From a virus (Duplodnaviria; Caudoviricetes): a stretch of DNA of 52,888 bases. A program made the position numbers and the translations under genes. The notes beneath the pieces are model-generated. The model saw only the letters and a program-made list of their open reading frames with translations, searched no databases and was not told where the DNA came from. The number at the start of each line of letters is the position of its first letter. Positions within the stretch are counted from its first letter, which is position 1. Of this stretch, positions 36,821-46,597 are shown piece by piece. The stretch is taken from positions 1-52,888 of IMG/VR virus record IMGVR_UViG_3300014656_000036; one strand, given 5' to 3'.

Positions 36821-37224
36821 CGGGAATCCTCGAACGGCTTCTTTCTGAAATTCGAGATAATCTCCGCTTGAACCCTGACATAATCACACAGATGATACAG
36901 TTCAGGAGTGCTGAGAATTTTCAAAGCCGTTTCATAGCTATAAGGAATTGGCTGACCCTTTTCATCGTCAATGTTTTCCCATCCCAGCAGAAGATGTTTC
37001 GCAATAGCGGACAGTAACGTCTCCCTTTCTACTTTGCCAGTGCCGTCATTGCGTATTTCTGTGAGACGGTCTCTGATAAGTTGAGCCGATTCCTTAAGAT
37101 ATTCTGGGCTGTTACTGCTTCCTATTAAAAGTTTGACAGTAACACCAAGAAACGGAGTGAATTCTTTCAGCACTCCTTTACTCATTTTATCTTTATCAAC
37201 CATTAAGTGTTCAAGTGTAGGCAT
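36811..37224 (-). CDS. tail assembly chaperone (gpG-like)
   Basis: Between tube and tape measure; LLLGWENI.DE.G.PIPYS; ends in A AAA AAC TAA. Confidence 0.85.
   Translation of the reverse strand: MPTLEHLMVDKDKMSKGVLKEFTPFLGVTVKLLIGSSNSPEYLKESAQLIRDRLTEIRNDGTGKVERETLLSAIAKHLLLGWENIDDEKGQPIPYSYETALKILSTPELYHLCDYVRVQAEIISNFRKKPFEDSRKN
36814..36820 (-). other. -1 programmed frameshift slippery heptamer A AAA AAC
   Basis: Immediately before the chaperone stop codon; the -1 frame joins the downstream ORF. Confidence 0.8.
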
Positions 37225-37247
37225 AGGTCTTTTCCTTTCATAAACCT

Positions 37248-37266
37248 TCGTATAAGCGATGAACGA
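37248..37266 (+). repeat. 19-bp motif copy 5
   Basis: TCGTATAAGCGATGAACGA between tube and chaperone genes. Confidence 0.85.
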
Positions 37267-37279
37267 TAGTAATTGGCAG

Positions 37280-38446
37280 TTATGCCGCGAATTTCGTTAC
37301 CCTGACCGTTATAAGCTCGGTGGGATGGATTGCACCCTGCCAGCTAAACGGCACAATGATATCCTGATTCTCACCCGCAGCCGGACGTTCCGCGGCTGTT
37401 AATTTTATTCTTGGAACTTCAAAGACATAACCATTTCCAGCTACATCCTGAAAGACGCTTGCAAAACCAGTCGCTGTGAAATTGAGATATTTGTCAAAGA
37501 TAGTCGAACTCTCAAAGTATATTCTCAACGTTCCAGAGATATTACACTTCCCTGTTCCGATTGAAAATGCTCCTAACGTGCCAATCTTTTCCCGCTGCCG
37601 CAGATTATTGTTAAGAGCCAGTGAGAACCCAAGAACTGCTGACCCAGATGCTCCGCCTTCCAAAACTTGCAGAACATTGTCAACACAATTCATCACTCCA
37701 TTCGTAGCCGCTTCTGTGTAACCTGTTCCGGCTGAAGCTGCAAGGGAAATCTCGTTTGCTCCGAGAATGCCAAAATTCCCTGTAACCATCGCTTTCAGTT
37801 CGCCGGTTAGATTGAACTCATTAAGCATACACCCGCGGAAGAGAGCGAGCGTGTTTGTTAGCTCAGTGTATTTTCGCTCAACGTTGAACGATGTTTTTGT
37901 AACACCATTCGTGGCCATAGCTCCCATCTTAATAGTCACTGTATCACCAGCAGCTTCATCGACGAGAGTAAGACCAGATACCGTTATTTTGCTTGACGTT
38001 TTTGTAAGAATCTTGCAGTATCCGTTGTTTCCGAGAGTGGTAAATCCTGCCACTTTTACCCACTGATTAACTACAAGAGTGGCAAATCCACTTCCTGAAT
38101 CGTTAAACGAATTGTCCGTCGCAGCCGCACTAACTGTCGTTATCGGCCCAATAGTAACCGGCGAAGACCACGAAGCTGCCATAAGTGCTGCAAGAAGAAA
38201 TTCATCATAGGCATCGTAGGACAATTCTAAATTCATCGACCCAGACGCACCAATAGAAGTCCTGACGATATCCGCTACCTGCCTATCTGTGCGGATTTCC
38301 TTTGACTGGTCTACTGACGTGTCCTGTTTGAGACCTTCGCCGGTATGACGCAATTTTTTGAGATTGCTTCCAGCGATTGTTGTGCCATAAGCAGCACCTT
38401 CTGTAATGAATGCTAACTGAACAAGATTTGCATCTGTTACCGACAT
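37280..38446 (-). CDS. major tail tube protein
   Basis: SKEIRTDRQV, MNLELSY, FSLALNNNL, ISGTLRIYF; position. Confidence 0.85.
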   Translation of the reverse strand: MSVTDANLVQLAFITEGAAYGTTIAGSNLKKLRHTGEGLKQDTSVDQSKEIRTDRQVADIVRTSIGASGSMNLELSYDAYDEFLLAALMAASWSSPVTIGPITTVSAAATDNSFNDSGSGFATLVVNQWVKVAGFTTLGNNGYCKILTKTSSKITVSGLTLVDEAAGDTVTIKMGAMATNGVTKTSFNVERKYTELTNTLALFRGCMLNEFNLTGELKAMVTGNFGILGANEISLAASAGTGYTEAATNGVMNCVDNVLQVLEGGASGSAVLGFSLALNNNLRQREKIGTLGAFSIGTGKCNISGTLRIYFESSTIFDKYLNFTATGFASVFQDVAGNGYVFEVPRIKLTAAERPAAGENQDIIVPFSWQGAIHPTELITVRVTKFAA

Positions 38447-38458
38447 AGTAAATCTCCT

Positions 38459-38941
38459 TTAAGCTAATACATCAAAATAGAATGGACAGTGAACGTTTAT
38501 CTGCCACCAATTATCTGTCCTTCCTATCTTCTTGATAAGAGGACAACCAAAATGCACACCTTCACTATAAGTATTGCGAAACGCTGTTTCAATTTTCTCT
38601 GCTAAATCAACAAGGTCGGCATCACCAACACCAAGAGGGCCGAATAGCTGAGCCGTCGCAATTCCGTTTGTGCGAAATACATTCGCTCCCGGCGTTCCTA
38701 TTGACTTCTGTGCTGTTCCTGAAGTATTGATAGTAAATCTGCACCAGATACCATTTTTGCTTATATCCGTCGGGTCGTTGTCATACTGTGTAGGTAAACT
38801 CTCAGGAGTAGCTATCTCATTAGCAAACTTCACTCTTATCGCAGAATCAAGCATCAGCAATGCCTCCAAGTTCCCATACAAAGTATTGACAAGAGCACCG
38901 CCTGTCATCATCGCAACTATATTTCGTCCAACTATGGCCAT
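38459..38941 (-). CDS. tail terminator-like protein
   Basis: WCRFTI...G...QLFGPLGVG...AEKIETAF...WWQINVHCPF; precedes the tube gene. Confidence 0.7.
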   Translation of the reverse strand: MAIVGRNIVAMMTGGALVNTLYGNLEALLMLDSAIRVKFANEIATPESLPTQYDNDPTDISKNGIWCRFTINTSGTAQKSIGTPGANVFRTNGIATAQLFGPLGVGDADLVDLAEKIETAFRNTYSEGVHFGCPLIKKIGRTDNWWQINVHCPFYFDVLA

Positions 38942-39541
38942 TCATAATCTCGTCACTTGTTTATATGGGTCAGCATTTTCTTTAAGCTGAATCTCAAGAA
39001 CATTTACATCCTTATCATCAGCATCACTAACTTGCCACGTATCCGTCGTTCCTGCTTTCAGCTTATAAGTTCCTTCTATAAAAGCTGCAAGACTCTTTAA
39101 TAAATTAGCAATGGTCAACGTTCCACCGGAAGTGAAGCCAGCAAGAGTAAGAATATCTACTTGTAATTTGCTTGTTCCAAACAAGCTATCATATACATTC
39201 GCAGGCAATACGCTAAAATCTTCTACGAAAGTTAGTATCGTCTGCGTCGGATATCCACTAATCATCGCATCAGCAAAGCATAATCGTAACTGACCCAGAG
39301 TATCCACGTTTGCAGCGGTCAGTTCTAAAGTCGCAAGTCCTTTGCCGGTGAGAACTATGTCATTATCCCCACCAGTTTTTGTTAAAGTCAAAGTTGAACT
39401 TGTGTTGCCTTTTATCAATTCACACGTTATCTTAGCAGGCACAAAATCTGCATCGACACGGAGAAGTGACTTCGCGTTCTTCCAATCCACAAAAGGACCA
39501 ACGACTATTGTCACAGCAGTATTTTGTTTAAGATAACGCAC
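38942..39541 (-). CDS. hypothetical, probably virion-associated protein
   Basis: Beta-rich ORF coupled within the morphogenesis operon. Confidence 0.6.
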   Translation of the reverse strand: MRYLKQNTAVTIVVGPFVDWKNAKSLLRVDADFVPAKITCELIKGNTSSTLTLTKTGGDNDIVLTGKGLATLELTAANVDTLGQLRLCFADAMISGYPTQTILTFVEDFSVLPANVYDSLFGTSKLQVDILTLAGFTSGGTLTIANLLKSLAAFIEGTYKLKAGTTDTWQVSDADDKDVNVLEIQLKENADPYKQVTRL

Positions 39542-42084
39542 TAATCACCATCAAAGAACGGATACCAAAACGGATACCATCGCACATCAGCATTTTTCAA
39601 AGTTCCAACCATCCCACGTTTATCATCAATAGTTATAGTTCCAATCCCTTCATTCATAGGAAATCGCACTTTGCTTTCAGCACCAAAGCCCATCCAGCTT
39701 TCAAAACCAGTGCCATCGCGGTTCAAAAAACCTTGAATGATGCTGGAGCTATCTCCAGCATCATAAATTCCAGCAAAGAACCGAAGCATATCAATATCGC
39801 CGCGATAACCTGTGATTAACAAATTGCAATCATTTTCAATAGAACCAAAATTCCCACTAAACGATGACTGTTCAGTTCCCCAGTAGAATAGCTGAACAGT
39901 CAACAGAATACTATTCCCATCTTGTAAAAAGTTAAACGCCACTTCGTGCCAGTAGCCGTCATCTATCCGCCAGAAACTTTGAATCGTAGCAACGACGGTC
40001 GCATTCACATCATAAATATAAATCTTAGGAGCACCGGATACGATACCAATTTCCCAGCCCTGATTTGCATCCCTTTTCTTCATAAGACCGGCGAATGGCT
40101 CTTGTGTTCTAATCCAAAAATCTATAGCCCATCCATTATTAGCATCATAGAAATTATTTGTGTCATTAAATTCCACAATACCAAATTCGTTAAAGGAAAG
40201 CAAATCCTTAGGATGATTCAACATCGTAATAGTGACTGTTGCTATGTTAGAATATTGATTTCCATCATTTGCTTTGTAGGTAAAACTCTGGACGCTATTC
40301 GCTTCTGTCTTATACCAAACCTGATTGCCGTAAAACGATAACGAATACGGAAGCATAAACCCTTCGATGATGTTTTCACTGCAAGGGTCTTGCAGAATTC
40401 CATTCTCAGGTAGCGAAACTATGTAATATTCTAACTGTCCGGGTGGATTAGGTTCGCCATCGTCGGTCGCTGATAATGTAATTGTATTAGTAACATAATT
40501 ATATACTGATACATTTATATTAGCAGCGACGGGAATCGTTGGAGAAACTTTAGTAGTGAATTTCCAAATATCCCCAGTGGTTACTCCATTAGGCCCTGAT
40601 TCATTCACCTCCCAGAAATAGTTTGTATCATAGGCAAGAAGAAAGTTAGGGTCAAATAAATTCCCACTCTGTTGTCCTTGGAAGGCCGGAGGGAGAACCG
40701 TTCCTAAGTAAACAAAGTGGGAATTAGCATCCTGTCCCACAGTCCAACTTAAATTAACATCAATCGCTACGTTCACAGCATTCATTTCTGGAACAGGATT
40801 AGTCGCTTTTCCCGGTAAGGTTATTCCTTGAACAAAGATTGTCGCTGTGCCGGTTACTTTTCCTCCGCACGGAGGGTCGTAGCCGGTTTTATCATCAGCG
40901 GCAAAGATAAAACTATCGTTGACGTTATTATAATCACCAGCACGATATTGAACTGTCTTACTGGATAATACTCTCGGAACGGTAGTTATCTGTGAGCCAT
41001 TAGCATCCCAGACAGTTCCATAAGTGGGCAGTGATTCTATAGAATAAGTTAGCTGCTCCAAATCTGTAGCATTGATGTCAAAGGTGTGATTAGCATTTTT
41101 GAGAACAGTGAAGGAAGCATTCTGCACCACAGGAGCCGCACCCTGATTACCTGTGAGCCAATAATCTACGAACATACCTAAATCATTTAAGTCAACTGTG
41201 CCAGAGAAATCAAAGTCACTTATCAAATTTGGCTCCGTCTTAAGCCAATCCTGTGCGAAGATGCTAAAATCAATAAAGTTTATAAAGCAGTCGCCGTTCC
41301 GTTCATATTGATTCCACGGGTCAACGCCACCGAATCCCCAGAGCAGGCCATAATTGACGGTTGTGATATTTGACCAACTTGAACCGTTCCATTGTCGACC
41401 AATAGGATTGCCGCTTCCCTGTTCAAATTCAAAATAACAGAACCCTGACAATGATTCCATCGCTGATTCTATGACTGGCGTTCCTACTCTATTGTTATAA
41501 ATTGCAGCAATCTCCGGCTGAGTTAGAATCTTACCTTTATATAAGCGGAACTGGTCTATCTGCAAATAATCAAAGGATTCTTCGTGGTAAAAGTAATCAA
41601 AATTAACAGAAGACCAAGGAGGGTTGAACGCATAATTATATCCTGCAAGCTCAGTCAAATCTTGATATCGCTCAGTGCTCCTGTCAATTCCATCAATAAA
41701 AATTGAAAGTCCTTCTGATTCACTTCGGTCACAAGTCACAGCTATTAAATGCCATTGGCCATCTAAAATTGAAACTGATGATTTGACAGAATACCATCCA
41801 TACAGAGAATTATCAGTAATTCCAAACCACGGTCTATTATCTTCATACGGGCTATCAAGACGTAAATAAATACCTGCACCAATCATTCCATTATACCACC
41901 GAACAACCCATCCGTTCGTTGTTGTGTTACGAATCCAAATACAGAGGGTAAAATCATCTGTTCCAAAAGCAAATTTGTTAGGTTCATCAGCAACTAACTT
42001 ATCACCGTGATTTTTACCTTCAATAAAATAAGTTCCAAAACACGGAGCAGTAAAAAGCAAAACTAATAGCAACACTTTTTTCAT
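39541..42084 (-). CDS. exported multidomain protein: LamG, dockerin/EF-hand-like, Ig/FN3-like repeats, LamG
   Basis: Signal peptide MKKVLLLVLLFTAPCFG; LDGQWHLIAVT..IFIDG; GDCFINFIDFSIFAQDWL / DFDFSGTVDLNDLGMFVDYWL; DSFIFAADD; GDIWKFTT; DDGYWHEVAF. Confidence 0.75.
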   Translation of the reverse strand: MKKVLLLVLLFTAPCFGTYFIEGKNHGDKLVADEPNKFAFGTDDFTLCIWIRNTTTNGWVVRWYNGMIGAGIYLRLDSPYEDNRPWFGITDNSLYGWYSVKSSVSILDGQWHLIAVTCDRSESEGLSIFIDGIDRSTERYQDLTELAGYNYAFNPPWSSVNFDYFYHEESFDYLQIDQFRLYKGKILTQPEIAAIYNNRVGTPVIESAMESLSGFCYFEFEQGSGNPIGRQWNGSSWSNITTVNYGLLWGFGGVDPWNQYERNGDCFINFIDFSIFAQDWLKTEPNLISDFDFSGTVDLNDLGMFVDYWLTGNQGAAPVVQNASFTVLKNANHTFDINATDLEQLTYSIESLPTYGTVWDANGSQITTVPRVLSSKTVQYRAGDYNNVNDSFIFAADDKTGYDPPCGGKVTGTATIFVQGITLPGKATNPVPEMNAVNVAIDVNLSWTVGQDANSHFVYLGTVLPPAFQGQQSGNLFDPNFLLAYDTNYFWEVNESGPNGVTTGDIWKFTTKVSPTIPVAANINVSVYNYVTNTITLSATDDGEPNPPGQLEYYIVSLPENGILQDPCSENIIEGFMLPYSLSFYGNQVWYKTEANSVQSFTYKANDGNQYSNIATVTITMLNHPKDLLSFNEFGIVEFNDTNNFYDANNGWAIDFWIRTQEPFAGLMKKRDANQGWEIGIVSGAPKIYIYDVNATVVATIQSFWRIDDGYWHEVAFNFLQDGNSILLTVQLFYWGTEQSSFSGNFGSIENDCNLLITGYRGDIDMLRFFAGIYDAGDSSSIIQGFLNRDGTGFESWMGFGAESKVRFPMNEGIGTITIDDKRGMVGTLKNADVRWYPFWYPFFDGD

Positions 42085-42473
42085 TTGAACATCTCTGCCA
42101 ATTCATCTATGGTCATTTTCACCATTCCATAAGGAGCTTGCTTGCTGCTACCTTCCTCAAGAAAAATTATATAAGGAACGTTGTTCGTAAGATAAATAAC
42201 CTCATAAGCTTTTAAGTTCGCTAATTGTGCTGCTCCTATTTGTATTGTATCGCTGCCAGTTTTATCAAAACTATCCTGCATCACTAATGCTGGTTCACCT
42301 ATCTGGACTTGCCAGTTACCTCTTGCTCTGCCTGTATCCACAGGTGTCTTCATCACAACGCGACGCAGAGCTTCTAATCCCATCTTCTTATGCATAAGAA
42401 CAACCTTTTCAGCAGGAATGTTCTCTGCAAACCTTGTAACAGTAGTATTAAACTCTGACAGATTACTTATCAT
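42081..42473 (-). CDS. neck protein, HK97 gp10-like
   Basis: KTPVDTGRARGNWQV...NNVPYI.FLEEGSSKQAP.GMV. Confidence 0.85.
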   Translation of the reverse strand: MISNLSEFNTTVTRFAENIPAEKVVLMHKKMGLEALRRVVMKTPVDTGRARGNWQVQIGEPALVMQDSFDKTGSDTIQIGAAQLANLKAYEVIYLTNNVPYIIFLEEGSSKQAPYGMVKMTIDELAEMFK

Positions 42474-42814
42474 TTTCGTAACTGCAAAAGATAGACGAGC
42501 ATAGTATCCTGAACTCCTAATGGTTCAACAGACATCACAGTCCATACGTCGCTTCCTAAAGTCAATTTATCATTCCTTGCAGGTGTAACATCAAGAGCAG
42601 CGACTCCGCTCTGCATATCCCCTGCTTTAATTAAGTCGCCATCAATGTAGCTTTCTTTATATGGATACGGCGGAATAACCTTCAGCGTCGTAACGACCGG
42701 AGTTCCAGCGGTGGACTTTCCTGTCACCGCAGAATACGTCAACGGCGTAGAGGTCAACGACGCTGACCGGCCATATTTGTCAACTAATGTTTTTACTTTC
42801 GCAGCACTCAGCAT
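42470..42814 (-). CDS. head-closure / head-tail joining protein
   Basis: YIDGDLIKAGD, position. Confidence 0.7.
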   Translation of the reverse strand: MLSAAKVKTLVDKYGRSASLTSTPLTYSAVTGKSTAGTPVVTTLKVIPPYPYKESYIDGDLIKAGDMQSGVAALDVTPARNDKLTLGSDVWTVMSVEPLGVQDTMLVYLLQLRK

Positions 42815-43323
42815 CGTTCTAACTGTCCCGGATTCTTCTCGAACTCACACATCTTTTCATCAACAAGCGAATATTGTTTCTGTTGACTCTTTCCGCCAAT
42901 ATAGGTTTTCGATTCTGATATAGGCCCGACCTGACTTGACTCCGAAGATATAATTCCCTGTTCAGTAAGGTCGGCCATCAGTGCATCACCGTTGATAACT
43001 GCAAGAGCAAGAATACAACAACAATCCTTGACAGCTTGAGGTATGCTGTCAGAATTGATTAAATAGTTACTTCTATCATAGACATCATATCGCGGCCATT
43101 GCAGCGACTGGTCAGATTTTGTTTTGGCTCCTTTAAGAAAATACTTCGTATCTAAATACCTTGTAGCTGAACGAAGAGCAGCTTCTTTCGCTGCCTGCGA
43201 TGCAGAAGTCCAAGCAGCCGGAGCTTCATAGTTATCGTGATACTGCGTCGCATCAGCTAAAGATACATAGCTATTCGCATTTACTAACCCATCACCTGTC
43301 TCTACTATAAAAGTCGCAGCCAT
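42808..43323 (-). CDS. head-tail adaptor (family often labelled DnaT-like)
   Basis: ANSYVSLADA, AALRSATRYLD, QSLQWPR, IPQAVK, VGPISES.TY; directly after the capsid gene. Confidence 0.8.
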   Translation of the reverse strand: MAATFIVETGDGLVNANSYVSLADATQYHDNYEAPAAWTSASQAAKEAALRSATRYLDTKYFLKGAKTKSDQSLQWPRYDVYDRSNYLINSDSIPQAVKDCCCILALAVINGDALMADLTEQGIISSESSQVGPISESKTYIGGKSQQKQYSLVDEKMCEFEKNPGQLERC

Positions 43324-43346
43324 AATTTATCCTTATCTTATAATTG

Positions 43347-43369
43347 CTGTCCACCACCGAGGTGGACAG
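43347..43369 (-). terminator. hairpin after the capsid gene
   Basis: CTGTCCACC/GGTGGACAG stem. Confidence 0.55.
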
Positions 43370-43394
43370 AGGAGAAAGACTCCAAACCACACTC

Positions 43395-44615
43395 TTACCC
43401 TGCAAGACGCACAGCCAGCTCAGGCCGGACAAGTTTTGCACCCCAGAGGATATCAAACTCCCAGCAGGTCTGCTTGTGTTGTCTGCTAACTTCCAGACGC
43501 AGCACAAGGCCGGTCTGTGGGTCTTGCATACTGATAATCTTGTTGCCAAGACCCAATCCTGATGTCTCATCGACAAGAGGACGTGTTGCAAACGCGAAAG
43601 CATCCCTGTGGAAAATCAGATTGACTTTGTGAGTCGCCTTGACAGTGCAAAGAGCATCGTCTGCGACATTCGCTTTGAGAGCCGGGAAGAACTTCAACCC
43701 TGTAAGAGCATCCGCTGCGAAGGTGTAAACACCATCCACGGAAACTCCAGCATTGTCAATCACGACATACGTCTGCGTATGTCCAGCGAAGGAGATAATG
43801 TCACCGCGAAGGATTGTTCCTGTAACCGCAGTCGAAGCTCCTTTGTCAAGATTGACGATACTTACTCCCGCGGAGAAGGCTCCAACGGCGGCTGCATTTC
43901 GTCCAGCGTCCGTTCCTGTTGCAGCGATTGTGCCTGCCGTATGAGTAGGCACATCGTCATCCGCAGCCCAGTCAATCCCATACTTGCGGCCAATTTCGCC
44001 TTCCATCTTCACAAGTGCTGACATTGTTTTATCAGCATCTGCAAATTCTGCAAGAGCAATCGCCGCACCTTCCGCGTCAAAGTTAAGAACGCCACGACGC
44101 GAATCCAACGGACAAAGCTGTTGGTTTAGAATTGTCCGTGCATTCGTTGCGGAAAGCACTCCAACTCCAGAACCGAACGGCGTCGTTCCCGCTGTGCCGA
44201 CGTATCCATAGACGCCCATCAACGCTTCTTTGTAGCGAGCAATGATAGATTGATTAACAGCGTGAGCCAAACCTTTTATGGCCTCACCCATCTCCATCGG
44301 AAGGAAATGAGCATCGCGGTCAATCTGAAGAATCTCAGCATCTGTGAGATGTATTGGTTCATTCTGCTTCCAGTTATCCAGCGGAACCTGAACCTTCGTG
44401 GGAGTTTTGTCCACGGCAGTAATTGGAACAATACCCGGAACAACATCCACGGCTGCGACTGCGACTGGAACCGGCACGTCAATCGTGTCGCCTTTTTGTT
44501 TTGCCTCGGCAGAATAGTCGCCATTCACCAGTCGAGGCATTATGCACCGCTCTCTGAGGGAGAGCAGACCTCTTGCCAAAATTTTTGGCATTACATTAGA
44601 AAGGTCATTTGCCAT
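43395..44615 (-). CDS. major capsid protein, P22-coat-like with insertion domain
   Basis: KGDTIDVPVP, NLIFHRDAFAFATRPL, FDILWGAKLVRPELAVRL. Confidence 0.9.
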   Translation of the reverse strand: MANDLSNVMPKILARGLLSLRERCIMPRLVNGDYSAEAKQKGDTIDVPVPVAVAAVDVVPGIVPITAVDKTPTKVQVPLDNWKQNEPIHLTDAEILQIDRDAHFLPMEMGEAIKGLAHAVNQSIIARYKEALMGVYGYVGTAGTTPFGSGVGVLSATNARTILNQQLCPLDSRRGVLNFDAEGAAIALAEFADADKTMSALVKMEGEIGRKYGIDWAADDDVPTHTAGTIAATGTDAGRNAAAVGAFSAGVSIVNLDKGASTAVTGTILRGDIISFAGHTQTYVVIDNAGVSVDGVYTFAADALTGLKFFPALKANVADDALCTVKATHKVNLIFHRDAFAFATRPLVDETSGLGLGNKIISMQDPQTGLVLRLEVSRQHKQTCWEFDILWGAKLVRPELAVRLAG

Positions 44616-44684
44616 CTTAATGTCTCCAACAAATTGTTAATCAAGTTTCAACGTTACAGTCATCCCGACTGGTCGGCATCCCGC

Positions 44685-45491
44685 CTATCTGCTCATATCT
44701 ACTGTTACTTTGCCATCTGCAATGTCTTGAAGAGAAGCATTCACAGTATCTTTATCAGACGCTGCAATGACTTTCTTCTTTCCACCTTGTTGTTGCTGCG
44801 AACCCTTGCCGGATTTCCCGTCATCGCCAGCACCGCCTCCACCAGTCCCTGATGAACCGGAGCCGTCGAATCCCGCAGCAAATTCTTCGTTGCCTTTCAT
44901 TTCATCCACAAGACCTGCAATGGTCATTGGATTACCGGCATCGTCAATACGTGGAGTGCCTGCTTCGTCCACAATCTCGACGATATACTTGTCGCCGGTC
45001 TTCCGCATCTTAGCCGAACCAAGAATGTGAGGCATAAGCAGTATTGCCTTTCCACCCTTCTCGGTAAGAACTTTCGCCGCGTTCGCCCGAATGAGAGCAT
45101 CTGAAAGCTGTTTCTCTGCTGCGACGATTGACAGCTTAAGAGCATCAATCTCTTTCTGGTGACCCTTCTTAATCGCAGCTTCTTTTGCAGCAATCAGCTC
45201 TTCAACCTTCTTATCAGGTTTCCAGTCGCCAATTTCAGCAACCTTCTCAAGAGCAGCGATTGCAGCTTCCGGGTCTTCGATGCCAGAGAACTTTTCCAGC
45301 TTCGCAGTTAACTCCCGTTCAGTTTTCCGCAGCGTGTTAATTGTGTTCTTCAGACCTTGAATGTTCTCCAAAGCCAGTCCGCCTGAAGCTCCTACATCAA
45401 GACGATAGTTATCACCGTCTTGCTTGTAGTGCTCCTTGAGGGGTTCTGCAAGCTTCTCGAACTCCTCACTCGTTAAAATTGCTTTTAACAT
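44685..45491 (-). CDS. capsid scaffolding protein
   Basis: Coiled coil, GSSGTGGG linker, position before the capsid gene. Confidence 0.8.
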   Translation of the reverse strand: MLKAILTSEEFEKLAEPLKEHYKQDGDNYRLDVGASGGLALENIQGLKNTINTLRKTERELTAKLEKFSGIEDPEAAIAALEKVAEIGDWKPDKKVEELIAAKEAAIKKGHQKEIDALKLSIVAAEKQLSDALIRANAAKVLTEKGGKAILLMPHILGSAKMRKTGDKYIVEIVDEAGTPRIDDAGNPMTIAGLVDEMKGNEEFAAGFDGSGSSGTGGGGAGDDGKSGKGSQQQQGGKKKVIAASDKDTVNASLQDIADGKVTVDMSR

Positions 45492-45559
45492 TTTACTGTG
45501 CTCCTTTCTTACAGACGTCCCATCTGTTGTGACGTCCCATCACATAAAGAAAGACACTA

Positions 45560-46597
45560 CTACGATTCGCGTCTTTGCAGTTCATCCAAAGTCAACGGCT
45601 GAAAATCCGCGTCAACAAACGCGGTCACTTTCATTCCTTGTCTAAACATCTTACCTTTATTTGGCCCTAAGATATCATCCTGCTCTTCAGCACTTAATCC
45701 TTTTAACCACTGTTGATAAGTGACCCGGTCAGGCACTTGTCCATCCATACTTGCTCTCGTGCCTTCTGGAGCTTCGCTTAACTTTATTCCAAGCTGCTTC
45801 CAAGATTTAAGAACAGGAGCCACAGTAGTTCTACAGTTCCAATGAAATGGAGGCCTCGGCCCTACACCAATAGGATACACCTTCCCATCCATTGCTCTAC
45901 ATAGAGGAGTAGTTCTTGCGTCAAGTGTTGCTATAATCTGCTCACCTTCTATGACATCACCATTTTCTTGATTAACAAGAAGGCGAGCCTCTGTAGAAAT
46001 ACTATTAACGGCTGTTCGCACTATGCTTGTCGTATTGCGACGAGAATAATCCAGCACAGTTTCTAACCTGCGAGCAATCGTTGGAACTGCTTCACCCTGC
46101 ACAATACCTATATTAAGCTGTTCACCTATCCGTATTCCCACACTCTTATCAAGTTTTGAAAACCAATTCTTGAGGATGTCTCCCTCAAAAGGTTTTGTCA
46201 CTACGATAGAACGCAGCGTAGATACAGACGGCATAGAAAAATTGATATCGAAGGGCTCAACTAATTTCTTCAACACTTTGTAGTTCCATCTGCCTTCAAA
46301 CTCTGCTATACTTGTCAAAGAGCTTCGCGTTTGAGCATACGCCTTCTCCATTCCAATTTTCATTATTGATTGAATGGAATACATCATTTCCTTTAATCGC
46401 TGAGATTCAGCATAGCTGCTCAAACTGCCAAGACGCTTTACTCTTAGAAGCTGTTGCTGATACTTATAAACAATCTCGCGATACACTGTTTTATCAAGGA
46501 GCCTCACTATCTTACTTGCTTCACCTTTAGACAGCCGCAGAATTTCTATCGCGTGCTGTAAAAGTTTATTCTGTAACTGGCGGTTGACCGGAACCAT
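45560..46597 (-). CDS. minor head protein (SPP1 gp7 / Mu F-like)
   Basis: IVRTAVN, ATLDARTTPLCRAMDG, PPFHWNCRTT; GGAGG RBS before ATG 46597. Confidence 0.9.
   Translation of the reverse strand: MVPVNRQLQNKLLQHAIEILRLSKGEASKIVRLLDKTVYREIVYKYQQQLLRVKRLGSLSSYAESQRLKEMMYSIQSIMKIGMEKAYAQTRSSLTSIAEFEGRWNYKVLKKLVEPFDINFSMPSVSTLRSIVVTKPFEGDILKNWFSKLDKSVGIRIGEQLNIGIVQGEAVPTIARRLETVLDYSRRNTTSIVRTAVNSISTEARLLVNQENGDVIEGEQIIATLDARTTPLCRAMDGKVYPIGVGPRPPFHWNCRTTVAPVLKSWKQLGIKLSEAPEGTRASMDGQVPDRVTYQQWLKGLSAEEQDDILGPNKGKMFRQGMKVTAFVDADFQPLTLDELQRRES

Noticed and set aside
3583-37266. CRISPR array from the 19-bp repeat
   Set aside because: Copies are kilobases apart with no repeat-spacer periodicity, and there are no cas genes.
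42808-43323. DnaT-like replication protein
   Set aside because: Position between capsid and head-closure genes indicates a head-tail adaptor.
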